64,000 bases of DNA from Promethearchaeota archaeon (lineage in GTDB: Archaea > Asgardarchaeota > Lokiarchaeia > Sigyniarchaeales > SOKP01), in the NCBI GenBank assembly GCA_013375475.1, contig JABXKD010000002.1, forward strand, positions 32,001-96,000, in the 5' to 3' direction. The translations under genes were made by a program, and so were the position numbers. Shown here in pieces: positions 10,347-20,192 of this stretch (position 1 is its first letter; each line of letters begins with the position of its first letter). Below the pieces are notes generated by a model. That model worked only from the letters and a program-made list of their open reading frames with translations. It ran no database searches and was not told where the DNA came from.

Positions 10347-11129
10347 TTAAACTACAATTGAGTATTGCTTTTCTATTAATTCACCGTTAATGTCAATTGA
10401 TCGAAACATTTTTCCTTTTCGTATAGCCATGATTCTTAATAAACGAGAATCCTTAATATTTGTAGGAATCTCAATCTCTTTTATTTTATAATTATTAAAT
10501 ACGGTAAAGGTCTTCCAATTTGCAGGGATATCAGATATAAAATCAGGAATAGTTAAATCTAGCACCATCTTTAGATTAGCATCTGTATTACTAAGTACAC
10601 CAGTACAAAATTGAATTCTTTTGCTCACATCGTCGTCTTCAACTTTTTTTTTGGATGGTTGTGGTATGTTTTTTTTGGTCGTAACCTTACAATTGGGATT
10701 AATCACGAAAGACAACAGCAGATAGCTGTTTTCTCTAAATAATTCTAGGGCTTGAAGTAACAGGCTTTTATTGATTTGGTCCACTATTTCAGCTTTGTAA
10801 TTTTGCGTTTTACCTGTAGATTTTTTCAAATCCCAGTTTAAACCTAGATTTGATATCGTATCTTTTAAATCTCTTCCAGTAATCAATTTTCCTTTAATTT
10901 CAATATCAGCTTGAGCATTTGATAAGGATTTCACAACAAGCTCTAAGATTAAATCTTCGTATTCATGAGTTCCTTTAAGTGTTATTTTTCCACTTGTTTT
11001 AGTAATTTTTAAAGCAGGACCGATAAAATCTCCTTTAGAATATCTGTAGAAATGTCTATGGATTCTCATGTGTTCTTTAGCAGGATCGTCTAATTTTGGC
11101 GTTTCGATTAACTTAGTTATAAAATGCAT
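10347..11129 (-). CDS. Archaeal hypothetical protein
   Basis: 260-aa ORF with HRHFYRYSKGDF N-terminal and AIRKGK C-terminal segments; function not recognised. Confidence 0.7.
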   Translation of the reverse strand: MHFITKLIETPKLDDPAKEHMRIHRHFYRYSKGDFIGPALKITKTSGKITLKGTHEYEDLILELVVKSLSNAQADIEIKGKLITGRDLKDTISNLGLNWDLKKSTGKTQNYKAEIVDQINKSLLLQALELFRENSYLLLSFVINPNCKVTTKKNIPQPSKKKVEDDDVSKRIQFCTGVLSNTDANLKMVLDLTIPDFISDIPANWKTFTVFNNYKIKEIEIPTNIKDSRLLRIMAIRKGKMFRSIDINGELIEKQYSIVV

Positions 11130-11223
11130 TTTAACTCGTAATATTATTTCTCTAATAATATAAATCTAAATAATGATATTATAAATAGAACATAACTTTA
11201 AATTTTAATTTAAGCAATAAATT

Positions 11224-12111
11224 GTGAACAAAATTAAAACAAAAGATAGTATAATTTCAAAGATCATCGCCTACTTAGAGGATAGTTTTAAAGAGAGCAT
11301 CATTAGTGTGTTCGGTATAGGAAGCTGTTTCGATATAACACTTCCATCTGATTGGAAAATCACTGATATTGATGTAATTGTTATAGTTAACTCCTTCGAT
11401 AAAATCCCTAAACTCGAATGGACAGAAGTTCGACACGAAACTAAAAATGTCGATAATTTTAATGTTTGGTTAGGATATAATACATTACAAGGATTAAAAG
11501 AAAAGGAGCTGTTTATCCACCAATCATTTGCTAATTATGAGTGGAGTATTTTAGACTTGAAATTTCAAGAAAACTCCCAACTCCTATATGGTAAAGACAT
11601 AAGAAATCAGCTTCCTAAGATTTCTGAACTTAAGTATGATTTCGACGATATTTTCGTGAGAAGCCTTTACCATCTAGATAAAAGCCTAAAAGAAAGTAAA
11701 TCTCCCCAAAAAATTTTAGATTCCATGAGAGAATTTACTAAGGCTGTGTTCAAATTCGGATTCTATTTTTGTAAATATTTCGATAAAAGCTATTATTTAA
11801 CTTCTGTTCTTAATATATCAAATCATATAGAATATTTACATATTGAAGATAAAATAAAAAAAAATATACTGCATTTTATGAGGGAATCTATAAATTTTAG
11901 GAGAACTAATAAGTTTTCTATTGAATTTAAGATTCTAATAAAAAACTTTATCTTTTTTATTTTTTCTTTACTTAGAAACGGATATCTTCATAGAAAATTA
12001 GAATTTCAAGAATTCGTTAATTTTCTTGAAAAAAAGTTCAATGGTTTACCATACCTCATAAAATACCTAAAAACCGCAAAAAAGATCTACGATTCTTCAA
12101 AATTTCTATGA
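11224..12111 (+). CDS. Pol-beta superfamily nucleotidyltransferase domain protein with helical C-terminus
   Basis: GIGS...TDIDVIV motif. Confidence 0.7.
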   Translation: MNKIKTKDSIISKIIAYLEDSFKESIISVFGIGSCFDITLPSDWKITDIDVIVIVNSFDKIPKLEWTEVRHETKNVDNFNVWLGYNTLQGLKEKELFIHQSFANYEWSILDLKFQENSQLLYGKDIRNQLPKISELKYDFDDIFVRSLYHLDKSLKESKSPQKILDSMREFTKAVFKFGFYFCKYFDKSYYLTSVLNISNHIEYLHIEDKIKKNILHFMRESINFRRTNKFSIEFKILIKNFIFFIFSLLRNGYLHRKLEFQEFVNFLEKKFNGLPYLIKYLKTAKKIYDSSKFL

Positions 12112-12221
12112 AAATTATTAACAATTTTATCCCATGGCGACATATATGAAATCAGATTAATAAAGTTAAAAAAAAATAAAAGATAAGATATTACTTAAAC
12201 CATAAAAACAAGTTACGATTA

Positions 12222-12452
12222 TTGATGTTATTTTTATATCTGCAGATCGATGATTTTCAAGTTCCCTCAATAACTATTTGGGTCTTAGCGTGGATTTTTC
12301 TTTTCATAGGATTCTTTTCTTTGGCTATTTTAATCGTTTATACGAGATATGGAAGAGAATTATCAATAAAACTCTCGATTATATCAATTAGCATTGCTGC
12401 AATTTTATTAGGGTTTGCGTTTCACTTCTTCCTTATTACATTTGGGATTTAA
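12222..12452 (+). CDS. Small two-TM membrane protein
   Basis: Two hydrophobic helices around YTRYGRE. Confidence 0.65.
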   Translation: MMLFLYLQIDDFQVPSITIWVLAWIFLFIGFFSLAILIVYTRYGRELSIKLSIISISIAAILLGFAFHFFLITFGI

Positions 12453-12656
12453 TAAAACTCGTAAAAAATTTTACTCAAACTATGGGTAAAATCGGATTTC
12501 ATTTTCTCCTCTCTTATATTATTGACACTTTTTACCGTTCTCCTAATTTCCAATAAATTCAATAAAAAATATGAAAAATATTTATAAAAGAGGGAGAATA
12601 TGTCTTTCTTAATTTAAATATAAACTTACTTAATATATCTAACTGGAGCAATAAAA

Positions 12657-13076
12657 ATGTTATTTCAACTAGACCCTACTATAGAGTTTATTCTATGGTT
12701 AATTTTAGCAACTGTACTTGTCGCATTGATACTATACATTGCGGTTTTACTTATAGCATCGAAAACTAAAGCTTCTGATAAAAAGTTTGTTATCATCATC
12801 TTAGCCCTGATCTTTGTTTTGATATTACCAATAATCTTGGGCGCCGTGAATTCAGTGCTCTCAGTCGTCGGTGACCTTGTTGCTTTTAGTGGTTCAAACC
12901 ACTTAACTCAGTTAACACCAATCATAGGATTTCTATTAATTTTAGTATTAGCCAAATTTTTCATCAGTATTCCGTGGGATCAGGCAGTATGGATAGCCTT
13001 ATTGACCCTATTTTTCCTGTTCCTTCTCTATACTATGATACCAGAGTTGTATAACTTCTTGGGATTTGGAATTTAA
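12657..13076 (+). CDS. Four-TM membrane protein, unknown function
   Basis: Hydrophobic ORF, upstream GGAG, downstream T-tract. Confidence 0.72.
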   Translation: MLFQLDPTIEFILWLILATVLVALILYIAVLLIASKTKASDKKFVIIILALIFVLILPIILGAVNSVLSVVGDLVAFSGSNHLTQLTPIIGFLLILVLAKFFISIPWDQAVWIALLTLFFLFLLYTMIPELYNFLGFGI

Positions 13077-13161
13077 AATTTCTTTTTTTTTTTACTTCAC
13101 AAATGTAATCTAAGCTCGTTTTTTTAACCAATAAAAAAGAACGTAAAAAAGAGAAATTAAC

Positions 13162-16100
13162 TTATATTTTTTCTTTTAATTTAAGTCTCGGAGCTAATCC
13201 AAGAGACATCATTTCTTGCAATAAAAGTTTAAAGGCATAAGAACATACTACTTTAGATATCACAGTGCTTTCTCCACATACAGGGCAGTATCTCTTATCT
13301 CTGTTGCGATCGTACACAGCTAAAAGCCCACATTTTTCACAAACTAAAATCACTGTTCGATCAGACTCATCGAGTAGTCTCTCCTTTAATAATAGTGCCG
13401 ATCCATGGCCAACTAAGCAATCTCTTTCCATCTCACCAAAACGTAATCCCCCTTCTCTTGCTCTACCTTCTGTAGGTTGTCTCGTTAAGATTTGAACGGG
13501 TCCTCTCGCTCGAGCATGAAGCTTATCTGCAACGAGATGATGTAATTTTTGATAATAAATAGGTGCGCAATAAATCCCGGCTTCGTATTTTTTACCGGTA
13601 ATACCGTTATACATAACCTCTCTGCCATTAAATTCAAAGCCTGCTTCTACTAATTGCTCTTGAAGTTTCGTGATATCTTTCCACTCGAACGCCGTAGCGT
13701 CGCCCAACTTCCCCGTTGTGCAAGCGATTTTACCGCTAATGCCCTCAAATAATTGTCCTAAAGTCATTCTCGATGGCATAGCATGAGGATTTACGATAAT
13801 ATCTGGAACTACTCCATTTGAAGTGAAGGGCATGTCTTCTGCGGGTTGGACGAGACCAAGTACTCCCTTCTGACCATGCCTGGAAGAAAATTTATCTCCC
13901 AACTCTGGAATTCGTAAATCTCTAACTTTAATCTTAACTAATTTATTTCCATCCACAGTCTCAGATATGATTACTGTGTCCACAATCCCTTTTTCATTGT
14001 GACGCATATTTTTTGAGGTTTCCCGTCTATTTGGTTGCATCAATTCAAATTCTTCGTAAGATTTAATAAATCGTGGGGGAGATGTACGACCAATAAGAAC
14101 ATCACCGCCGTTAACAGCCGTTTCGGGTTCGATAATTCCATCTTCTTCAGAAAGTAACCTATAAGATTCAGCAGATTTGAATCCTCTTACTCCTCTCTCT
14201 GGAATCTCGAATTTGTCTAATTCTCCTCCTGGATATTTCCTCTCTTCAGCATCGTAAGTTCTAAAGAAGTGAGAACGTGCTAATCCGCGTTCTATTGACG
14301 CTTTGTTTATAATAATCGCATCTTCAATATTATATCCTTCATAACTCATCATTCCTACTATGAAATTTTGACCCGCTGGCCGACGATTAATACCAATGAT
14401 TTCCATTGGGCTTGTTTTCACTAAAGCTTGTTGAGGGTAATGAAGGGTATGACCGCGGGTATCGAGTCTTAAATGCATGTTTGCAGCAAACAGACCTAGT
14501 GCTTGCTTTACCATTCCTGCTTCGTAAGTATTTCTTGGAGACTGATTATGCTCAGGAAATGGAATAATGGAAGCGCAAATGCCAAGAATTGCTGCCGGTG
14601 AAATTTCTAAATGAGTATGTTCAGGGGTAATTTCTTCTTCGAACATCGCAATAAATGCGTTTTCTTCTTCTTCAGCGTCTAAATACTCTATAACACCTTT
14701 CTGAATCAAATCAGACCAAGTATACTTACCTTGCTTTAATTTCTCTATATCCTCATTTGTGGTAAGAATTTGGCTATTTTTTATTATAAATAGTGGTCTA
14801 GTTGCTCTTCCAGCATCGCAATTTATCTGAATTTCTCTTGAATCGTGATAATAACCAATATTAACGTGCTGACCAATCTCACCCTTCCGCCTTTTCTCTC
14901 GAAGTTGATTCGTGAAAGGATTGTATTTTTGATGAATGCCAACTAATTTACCATTAAGAAATATGTTTACTTTTTCCCCCTTTATGTTTTTCACTTCGTT
15001 AATAGGAATTACTCCGAGATCGATTAAAATATTCTCGATAACTCTCTCGTCTGTACCTACTGAGATAATAGAAGCCAATCCTAAATTTTTAACTAAACCA
15101 CAATTTGGTCCTTCTGGGGTTTCTGCAGGACAGATCTTCCCCCACTGGGTAGGATGTAAATCTCTTGCTTCAAAATGAGGTTGACTTCTACTTAATGGAG
15201 ATATAACTCTTCTTAAATGACTTAATGTTGCCACATGGTTAGTTCTGTTTAATAATTGACTAACTCCTGCTTTTCCACCAACCCAATTACCCGTTGCTAA
15301 AGCGTGCCTTATTCTTTCAGTTATTACATCTGCTCTCACAGCAGTTTTAATATTAGGTGCTCTTCCTCGAACGGCGGTACGTTCTAACTGATATTTTATG
15401 TCTTTTACAAGATTTAAAAACGCTACTCTGAAAAGTGATGTAAATAATTCACCAGCTAATTTCAATCTTTTGTTAGCGTAATGATCCTTATCATCTGGCT
15501 CACGAAACCCTAAAGCAAGTTCCATAACCTTCTGAGCCATTTGTCCTAAATAATAAGCTTTTTTAATGCGGTCTTCCTCCGCATTTCCAACATGAGGTAA
15601 TAGGTATCGATCTAAAACTTGAAGCGCTCTTCTAATACGATAGTCTTTTGTTTGTCCTATTGCTACTCTTTTTCCTATATAGTCTAAAGAGTTTTGTTGA
15701 GATTTCTCAGGATCTTTTAAAACTTGGATTTCAGAAGCAACATCTATGACGGGGATTAATTCTTTTTGAATATCATCATTTTCGGAGATGGCTTCAAAGA
15801 TTTCTCTATCAGAGTGTAATCCCAAGGCACGCATCAAGATTGCTAATGGTATTTTACCAGGAACTGAAGGAAAAGAAACTCTTAGGTTTCCATCTTTTTT
15901 TCTTTCTATTGTTACTGGTGCTCGAAAACCACTTCTTGTTGAAAACACTTTTGCTTGGTGCGTTGCACTGGAACTTCGGCTAGCTTCTTCAGCTAGAATT
16001 CTATTAGGTGCTAAATCTTCTTGCGTTACTAGTACCCGTTCTGTTCCATTAATAATAAAATATCCACCAGGATCGAGTGGGTCTTCCCCTCTATTAATTA

Positions 16101-16533
16101 ATTCTTGTTCAGATAAACTTTCCAAAGGACAACGGCAACTTTTTAGCATAATTGGTATTTTACCAATATAGATGTCAAGGATTTCTTCCTCCTCTTCCCT
16201 TTGAGTTCGTTCATCAATAGTTATAGGGGTCATTTCTAAGGTAATATCGGCTGCGTAGCTTAACTCCCTTATCCTAGCTTCAATAGGTGTAATTTCCATT
16301 GTAGCACCATCTGCTTCTCTAACTTTTGGAACCCCAACTTTAATTTTACCAAAATTGATTTTAAATCCGGGAATATCCGGTATTACTTCATTCGATTCAT
16401 CAACTATGCTTTGCATCTCTTCTTCTATAAAATTATTATAAGAATCGAGATGTTGGCGTACTAAACCTTTTTCGTCAAATAAGCTTTTTAACACAACCCA
16501 TTTACTACTATTAGATAATTTTTCAGAACTCAA
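13162..16533 (-). CDS. rpoB: DNA-directed RNA polymerase subunit B (Rpo2), unsplit
   Basis: GYFIINGTERV, ETPEGPNCGLVKN, GDKFSSRHGQKG, GGLRFGEMERD, C-terminal Zn finger. Confidence 0.98.
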   Translation of the reverse strand: MSSEKLSNSSKWVVLKSLFDEKGLVRQHLDSYNNFIEEEMQSIVDESNEVIPDIPGFKINFGKIKVGVPKVREADGATMEITPIEARIRELSYAADITLEMTPITIDERTQREEEEEILDIYIGKIPIMLKSCRCPLESLSEQELINRGEDPLDPGGYFIINGTERVLVTQEDLAPNRILAEEASRSSSATHQAKVFSTRSGFRAPVTIERKKDGNLRVSFPSVPGKIPLAILMRALGLHSDREIFEAISENDDIQKELIPVIDVASEIQVLKDPEKSQQNSLDYIGKRVAIGQTKDYRIRRALQVLDRYLLPHVGNAEEDRIKKAYYLGQMAQKVMELALGFREPDDKDHYANKRLKLAGELFTSLFRVAFLNLVKDIKYQLERTAVRGRAPNIKTAVRADVITERIRHALATGNWVGGKAGVSQLLNRTNHVATLSHLRRVISPLSRSQPHFEARDLHPTQWGKICPAETPEGPNCGLVKNLGLASIISVGTDERVIENILIDLGVIPINEVKNIKGEKVNIFLNGKLVGIHQKYNPFTNQLREKRRKGEIGQHVNIGYYHDSREIQINCDAGRATRPLFIIKNSQILTTNEDIEKLKQGKYTWSDLIQKGVIEYLDAEEEENAFIAMFEEEITPEHTHLEISPAAILGICASIIPFPEHNQSPRNTYEAGMVKQALGLFAANMHLRLDTRGHTLHYPQQALVKTSPMEIIGINRRPAGQNFIVGMMSYEGYNIEDAIIINKASIERGLARSHFFRTYDAEERKYPGGELDKFEIPERGVRGFKSAESYRLLSEEDGIIEPETAVNGGDVLIGRTSPPRFIKSYEEFELMQPNRRETSKNMRHNEKGIVDTVIISETVDGNKLVKIKVRDLRIPELGDKFSSRHGQKGVLGLVQPAEDMPFTSNGVVPDIIVNPHAMPSRMTLGQLFEGISGKIACTTGKLGDATAFEWKDITKLQEQLVEAGFEFNGREVMYNGITGKKYEAGIYCAPIYYQKLHHLVADKLHARARGPVQILTRQPTEGRAREGGLRFGEMERDCLVGHGSALLLKERLLDESDRTVILVCEKCGLLAVYDRNRDKRYCPVCGESTVISKVVCSYAFKLLLQEMMSLGLAPRLKLKEKI

Positions 16534-16578
16534 TTTTAATTAACCTATTGGAATATTATTTTTAATAAAAGAGATTTA

Positions 16579-16836
16579 CTAAACTTTTTCTTTTTTGATA
16601 TAGCGATAATAATCTATATTTTTTACAGTCGTATGGGATTCCCGAACAATTTTTACAATATCTCCCTCTTTTGCACCAATTGCTATCGACACCGGGTCCT
16701 TTTCATCCATTTGAGGTAAGTCAGAAATATTTATCTGATATTTCTCTAATAAATTTTGTGATTCTTCTTTTGTCAGAAGGTAATGTTTAGGGACTAGTTC
16801 ATGAAGTAGCACATCTATTTTCCTTTTCTTAGTCAA
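16579..16836 (-). CDS. rpoH: RNA polymerase subunit H (Rpo5)
   Basis: HELVPKH, LPQM..KDPV, GDIVKIVRES, YYRY. Confidence 0.96.
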   Translation of the reverse strand: MTKKRKIDVLLHELVPKHYLLTKEESQNLLEKYQINISDLPQMDEKDPVSIAIGAKEGDIVKIVRESHTTVKNIDYYRYIKKEKV

Positions 16837-16973
16837 AAAAAAATCCTCTTTCCTCGCTAATTATTGCATGAAATATTCGATTTCTAAAAAAATTTACCCT
16901 TTTTACTCATAATCTCTTTTATTATTCTAGTTGGAAAATTGATAATAAATACAATTCTAACACTTGAGAAAAT

Positions 16974-17612
16974 CTAGAATGATGTCAAACAGAAAATCCA
17001 GTATCCAGATCTCTTAAAAGTTACCTCAATTATTTCAAACAACTCTGAAAGATGCTTTTTCAAATAGATATGTATATATTCTGCTCCCATTTTTTTTTTT
17101 ATAACGAATTGAAATAAACCCTTGGAGTTTAAATATCTAGGTATGTCCTCACACAAAGTGAGAAATTCTCGTCTACCACTACGTAAGGGGGGATTCATAT
17201 ATATCCCATCAAATTTAACGCTCTTAGCTTCAAAGGGTTTAAAATAACTTCCCTCCAAAACTATAACTTTGCCTGATCTCTCTGACAAATTATATTTAAT
17301 GTTTTCCCTAACACACCAGAGCGCTCTTTTATTAATATCGGTTAAATATATGGTACTTTGGGGCGTTAAATATGCTAGTACAATCCCAATCGGGCCATAT
17401 CCGCATCCCAGATCAAGTAATACGCACTTTTCTTCTGGAATTTTCATGTGTTCTATAAAAACTTTAGTTCCCAAATCTAGTTTTTTGAACGAGAATACTC
17501 CTGTAATCGTTTTAAAGAGATATAAGTGGTGTTTCAGACTTTCTGAAACGGAATGTACTTTAACTCTTACATCAGGAAATTGTGTTGAGTAGTGTTGATT
17601 CTTTTTATCCAT
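16974..17612 (-). CDS. RsmC-like small class I SAM-dependent methyltransferase
   Basis: GVFS..KLDLGT, LDLGCGYGPIG, MNPP. Confidence 0.88.
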   Translation of the reverse strand: MDKKNQHYSTQFPDVRVKVHSVSESLKHHLYLFKTITGVFSFKKLDLGTKVFIEHMKIPEEKCVLLDLGCGYGPIGIVLAYLTPQSTIYLTDINKRALWCVRENIKYNLSERSGKVIVLEGSYFKPFEAKSVKFDGIYMNPPLRSGRREFLTLCEDIPRYLNSKGLFQFVIKKKMGAEYIHIYLKKHLSELFEIIEVTFKRSGYWIFCLTSF

Positions 17613-17629
17613 ATCTACTGAGCTGATTC

Positions 17630-18655
17630 TTAATTATTTTTGATTTCATTCCATCTTGGATATACTCCCCGTTCCATAAACACCTTATTTGTTTTTGCTA
17701 CAATACCCGACTTCGCTTTGTAAATCTTCATTGCATCCAAACTTGCTACGCCAAATCCAATTAATTCTTTCTTGAGAGACATATATACAATCTGTAGTTC
17801 TGGTTTAATTCTTGCATCAATATAACAAACTCCAGCAGCAGCTAAATCAGCACCATGGCATAATGCATCAACGGCAGTGTCTCTCACATAAATTTTTGGC
17901 AAATGGGAAACAATCTTTTCCATAGGTGAGATAATTTTTCTTAAATAGAACTCTTCACCCTCATCCTTGTATAAAGAATATGAGTCTTTTAGATTTTGAA
18001 GGCTTATTAAACTCTCATCTTCTTTAAAATGCCCAACTCTAGTTCTCCTTAGTTCCAACATATGGGCTCCAGAACATAAGGCTTCTCCTATGTCAAAACA
18101 TAACTTTCGAATGTAGGTTCCTGCTTCGCACCCAACTTTAAATAACACATGATTGCTATTAACTTCAAGCACGCTCGCATAATATACTTCCCTTATTCTT
18201 AATTTTCTTACTACTGACGATTTTATGGGAGGAGTCTGATAAATTTTGCCTGTAAATATCTTAAATACTTTCTCTATTTTTTTTGGCATCACAGGTTCGT
18301 GCAAATACATAACTCCAACATATTCTTTACCTGCATTTAATAATGCTGACAAAACCCGAGTAGCTTTGCCAAGAGCGCAAGGCAAGATTCCTGTTACTTT
18401 TGGATCTAATGTTCCTCCGTGCCCAGCGTTATCAATATCTAAAATTTTACGCGCCCATGAGACTACTTCGTGACTCGTTGGACCACTAGGTTTGTCTAAG
18501 TTTATAACTCCATACTTTAATAGATCTTTAATATCTCTATTATTAGGATCGCATCCATAACTTACATTTGCTGTATCTTGAGACTTCACTAACAATTGCT
18601 CTGATTCGTCAGAGGGTAATTTAAATTCTAAATCGGGCATGAAACTTAACTTCAA
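17630..18655 (-). CDS. cbf5: H/ACA RNA-guided pseudouridine synthase Cbf5
   Basis: DKPSGPTSHEV, GHGGTLDP, GTYIRKL, C-terminal PUA. Confidence 0.96.
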   Translation of the reverse strand: MKLSFMPDLEFKLPSDESEQLLVKSQDTANVSYGCDPNNRDIKDLLKYGVINLDKPSGPTSHEVVSWARKILDIDNAGHGGTLDPKVTGILPCALGKATRVLSALLNAGKEYVGVMYLHEPVMPKKIEKVFKIFTGKIYQTPPIKSSVVRKLRIREVYYASVLEVNSNHVLFKVGCEAGTYIRKLCFDIGEALCSGAHMLELRRTRVGHFKEDESLISLQNLKDSYSLYKDEGEEFYLRKIISPMEKIVSHLPKIYVRDTAVDALCHGADLAAAGVCYIDARIKPELQIVYMSLKKELIGFGVASLDAMKIYKAKSGIVAKTNKVFMERGVYPRWNEIKNN

Positions 18656-18777
18656 AAGAGTATTATTATAATTATTAATTTTCAGCGAAATTAATTTTTA
18701 TCGTTATGATATTTTAGAAAAAATTGAAATATCCTTTAAGCTCTAAACTCAAAACCTATACCAATTATTGAAAAATA

Positions 18778-18881
18778 CGGGCCATGTGGGAATTTCGCAT
18801 CAATTCTAAACGATTGAGTGTATCGAACCCACGACCTTCAGGTTAAAAGCCTGCTGCGCTACCTGCCTGCGCTAATGGCCC
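18778..18881 (-). tRNA. tRNA-Lys(UUU) with a 30-nt intron in the T-loop (59/60)
   Basis: GGGCCAT/ATGGCCC acceptor, GCGC D-stem, CT-TTT-AA anticodon loop, GTGGG/CCCAC T-stem enclosing 37 nt instead of 7. Confidence 0.92.
18792..18821 (-). other. Non-canonical BHB tRNA intron
   Basis: Central helix TTCG/CGAA, bulges ATA and ATT, intron helix CA/TG plus TCAAT/ATTGA; removal gives T-loop TTCGATT. Confidence 0.88.
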
Positions 18882-19029
18882 TTACTAAAAAATTTTATTA
18901 AGATCAAATGTTTTTTTCTGTGAAAATGATACTTAAGTAAAATTGTAATAGATCAAATCTAGAATAATTTATAACTTTTTCTGTGATTATGTATGTTCTA
19001 CATACATAGAGTGATTTCCTTGAATCAAA

Positions 19030-20046
19030 TTATCTGAAATGTTCATATCCTTGATTTTTTAGTTCAATCCTTTTACCTTCTTTTAAATAATAGATTTTTT
19101 CCTCAGGAATAACTTTTCCAACTTTAAATAATTTCCCACCTTTAGAAGAAACTAACTTTTGAGCGACTTCAAAGTTTTTTCTATCAATTGTAAAAAGATG
19201 AATAAATTCTTCTCCCGCGCTAAAGACTAATTTTTCAAGCGAAATTGGGAAATCTTTGGAATATCGTAAAGCGTCTGGATGGATTAAACTTTCATCGAAT
19301 TCGATTTCAAAACCCAAATCAGATATTGACAACATTAAATCTTTCAAAGATTTCGATAAGCCATCTGAAGAATCAATACTACCCGTAGCTAATTCGTTGT
19401 CGGCCAGAATAATTCCCTCTATTCCTATTTCGTTTGGTTCTAACACACTTTTTATTGCTCTCTCATATTCAGAAAAATCTTCTAATCGCCCTTTCTTGTT
19501 TAAAATTATATCAAACCCTACACCTGTTAAACCAAATTTATTGTTTATTGTTACTATATTACCTGGTTTTACACCTTTTCGGTAAATTATTTTATTAGGC
19601 TTCTTAAAACCAAAAACTGTTGGATTAATGATAAGATCATGTGTAGAATTAATATCTCCACCAATGTAATTTAAATTCCATGCTTTAGAGTAATCAACGA
19701 TGCCCTCCATTAACCTAGTAAAATCTAGGACTTTTAATTCTTCCGGGAGCCCTAAAGAAACAATAATCCCTTCAGGTTTTACACCCTTAACGACGAGATC
19801 ACTAATATTCATGAGAACAGATTTTCGTCCCATCTGATAAAAATTCATTTGGATAGGGGCGTCCGTTGTGGCATTAAACATATCCGAGTTAAGAACTAAA
19901 TCTTCCATATCTTTCCTAGTTTCAATTTTAAAAAAAAAGGAATCGTCTCTAACTAATTCTTTACCCGTCTTTTTTAGAATTATATCTTCTATTATGTGGA
20001 TTAGTTTTACTTCTCCGATTGCACTAACGATATCGTTTTCATTCAT
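19030..20046 (-). CDS. thiL: Thiamine-monophosphate kinase
   Basis: GEVKLI, MNISDLVVKGVKP, IGGDIN, IDSSDGL, AGEEF, GYEHF. Confidence 0.9.
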   Translation of the reverse strand: MNENDIVSAIGEVKLIHIIEDIILKKTGKELVRDDSFFFKIETRKDMEDLVLNSDMFNATTDAPIQMNFYQMGRKSVLMNISDLVVKGVKPEGIIVSLGLPEELKVLDFTRLMEGIVDYSKAWNLNYIGGDINSTHDLIINPTVFGFKKPNKIIYRKGVKPGNIVTINNKFGLTGVGFDIILNKKGRLEDFSEYERAIKSVLEPNEIGIEGIILADNELATGSIDSSDGLSKSLKDLMLSISDLGFEIEFDESLIHPDALRYSKDFPISLEKLVFSAGEEFIHLFTIDRKNFEVAQKLVSSKGGKLFKVGKVIPEEKIYYLKEGKRIELKNQGYEHFR

Positions 20047-20097
20047 TAGAAAATTTTATAATTTTTTAAAATTTATATTTATAATATTCATTTACTA

Positions 20098-20191
20098 GCC
20101 TTTGTGGCTTAGTCGTAGAGCAACTGATTCGTAAAATTAATTGATTCGAATCATCAGTAGATCGGGGGTTCAACTCCCCCCAAAGGCTCCA
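20098..20191 (+). tRNA. tRNA-Thr(CGU) with 19-nt canonical 37/38 intron (20134-20152) and encoded CCA
   Basis: GCCTTTG/CAAAGGC acceptor, ACTGA/TCAGT anticodon stem, BHB (TTCG/CGAA, bulges TAA and TCA), GGGGG-TTCAACT-CCCCC T-arm, U73. Confidence 0.93.
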
Positions 20192-20192
20192 T

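Noticed and set aside
17630-18655. Crenarchaeal-type cbf5 intron
   Set aside because: The GHGGTLDP region and the whole frame are uninterrupted.
18988-19008. Hairpin TATGTATG-TTCTA-CATACATA downstream of thiL
   Set aside because: A low-complexity AT-rich stem, at most a terminator; no further evidence.
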